Source of the DNA: a virus
Lineage: Duplodnaviria > Heunggongvirae > Uroviricota > Caudoviricetes
DNA length: 51,763 nt
Direction: 5' to 3' (one strand)
Virus record (IMG/VR): IMGVR_UViG_3300045923_000005
Coordinates: 1-51,763 of that record
The notes under the pieces were generated by a model. It did not search any database, had not been told where the DNA came from, and saw only the letters and a program-made list of their open reading frames with translations. The stretch's first letter is position 1. Each line of letters begins with the position of its first letter. The translations under genes were made by a program, and so were the position numbers. Positions 50,847 to 51,763 of this stretch are shown here, piece by piece.

Positions 50847-51763
50847 TACTTTACCTCACACTCTACCATCACTTCGACTAGGTAGGCCGCCAGGTTGATC
50901 TCCTGGTCTGCTACGAAGGATGATTGGTAGAGATACTTACCGGTAAGAACCACTAGAACTGGTAGAGTCTGTGGTGTGAATACTTCCGTCATCTTGTCGT
51001 ACAGATTGCGCATGATGACAGTTGAGTCATTATCTGAATTGAGACCAACCCATTTACGAATACCTTTGAAGTCCTTGGCTTTCAAGAAACCAATCAGTTC
51101 ATCCAACTTAACATCAGATACCTGTGCCAATATGCCGGTATCGATGGAACCGTTGATGCCGTAACGTTGAAGTTCGTTCAGGATACGACGATAGTCGGGG
51201 AAGAACTTCTGGATGAGCTCGGCTACTACTTTGCGATCAAATTCTACCTGCTCAAGTTCAAGGATCTCGGCTACTCGCTTGAAGAAGGCAATAGCCATCA
51301 GTTGCTTGTCTTTGCTCTGAAGCTTGAAGTCAATCACGGCACAGCGGCTGTGTAGAGGCTCGATCAGACGGTTGACGAAGTTACAAGTGAATACGAAAGA
51401 GCAGTTCTGAATGAACTCCTCGATGACGCCACGGAAGGCTGCCTGTACGAGAGGGTTTAGGTAGTCAGCCTCGTCAATGATGACGACTTTACGACCACCT
51501 GACAAGGAAACGCTAGAGGCATATCCCTTGACTTTGACACGCAGAGTTTCTATATTGCGCTCATCAGAACCGTTGATCAAAATGTAGTCGCATCCAATCT
51601 CGTCGCACATTGCGCGCGCCACGGTCGTCTTACCGGTACCAGGACCGCCGCAGAGGATCATGTTAGGGATCTCTTTGCGGTCAACGTATGACTGAAGTGA
51701 GCTCTTCAGTGCTTCAGGAATAATACAATCAGCAATTCGACGTGGGCGATATTTCTCGACCCA
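50846..51763 (-). CDS. gp44: clamp loader large subunit (gp44), 5' end beyond window
   Basis: WVEKYRP, GGPGTGKTT, IIDEAD, LHSRC, FPDYRR. Confidence 0.95.
   Translation of the reverse strand, partial: WVEKYRPRRIADCIIPEALKSSLQSYVDRKEIPNMILCGGPGTGKTTVARAMCDEIGCDYILINGSDERNIETLRVKVKGYASSVSLSGGRKVVIIDEADYLNPLVQAAFRGVIEEFIQNCSFVFTCNFVNRLIEPLHSRCAVIDFKLQSKDKQLMAIAFFKRVAEILELEQVEFDRKVVAELIQKFFPDYRRILNELQRYGINGSIDTGILAQVSDVKLDELIGFLKAKDFKGIRKWVGLNSDNDSTVIMRNLYDKMTEVFTPQTLPVLVVLTGKYLYQSSFVADQEINLAAYLVEVMVECEVK

Noticed and set aside
73-51355. Plus-strand ORFs in the six-frame track (other than 6509..7036)
   Set aside because: They are antisense shadows of well-supported minus-strand genes or tRNAs, with no recognisable motifs
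1-51763. Stop-codon reassignment
   Set aside because: Core genes translate full length in code 11, and TAA, TGA and TAG all serve as stops
1-51763. CRISPR array, integrase or IS element
   Set aside because: No regularly spaced direct repeats; the periodic TTCGA pattern is tRNA T-loops; no recombinase or transposase motifs

Overview
A 52-kb segment of a large lytic T4-like (distant T4 supergroup) myophage of a Gram-negative host. Almost everything is on the minus strand. Right half: T4-type replication core (gp44 partial, gp62, regA, gp43, uvsX, gp40-like, gp41, gp61), class II RNR (nrdJ), thyX, dCMP deaminase, a glycosyltransferase/methyltransferase/HAD block, a lysis cassette, probable capsid-packaged polyproteins and several homing endonucleases. 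Left half: a roughly 10-kb RNA island (3.2-14.1 kb). It has 38 tRNA or tRNA-like genes covering all 20 amino acids, with odd anticodons (UUA, UAU, AGA, GCG). It also has a compact ~240-nt RNase P RNA nearly lacking a specificity domain, a ~520-nt ornate ncRNA (ROOL-like from recall), a manA-like RNA, a duplicated covarying pseudoknot motif and several CCA-ended non-cloverleaf tRNA mimics. Many promoters appear to give leaderless mRNAs. All RNA family and protein domain names come from motif recognition by eye; no database search was run.
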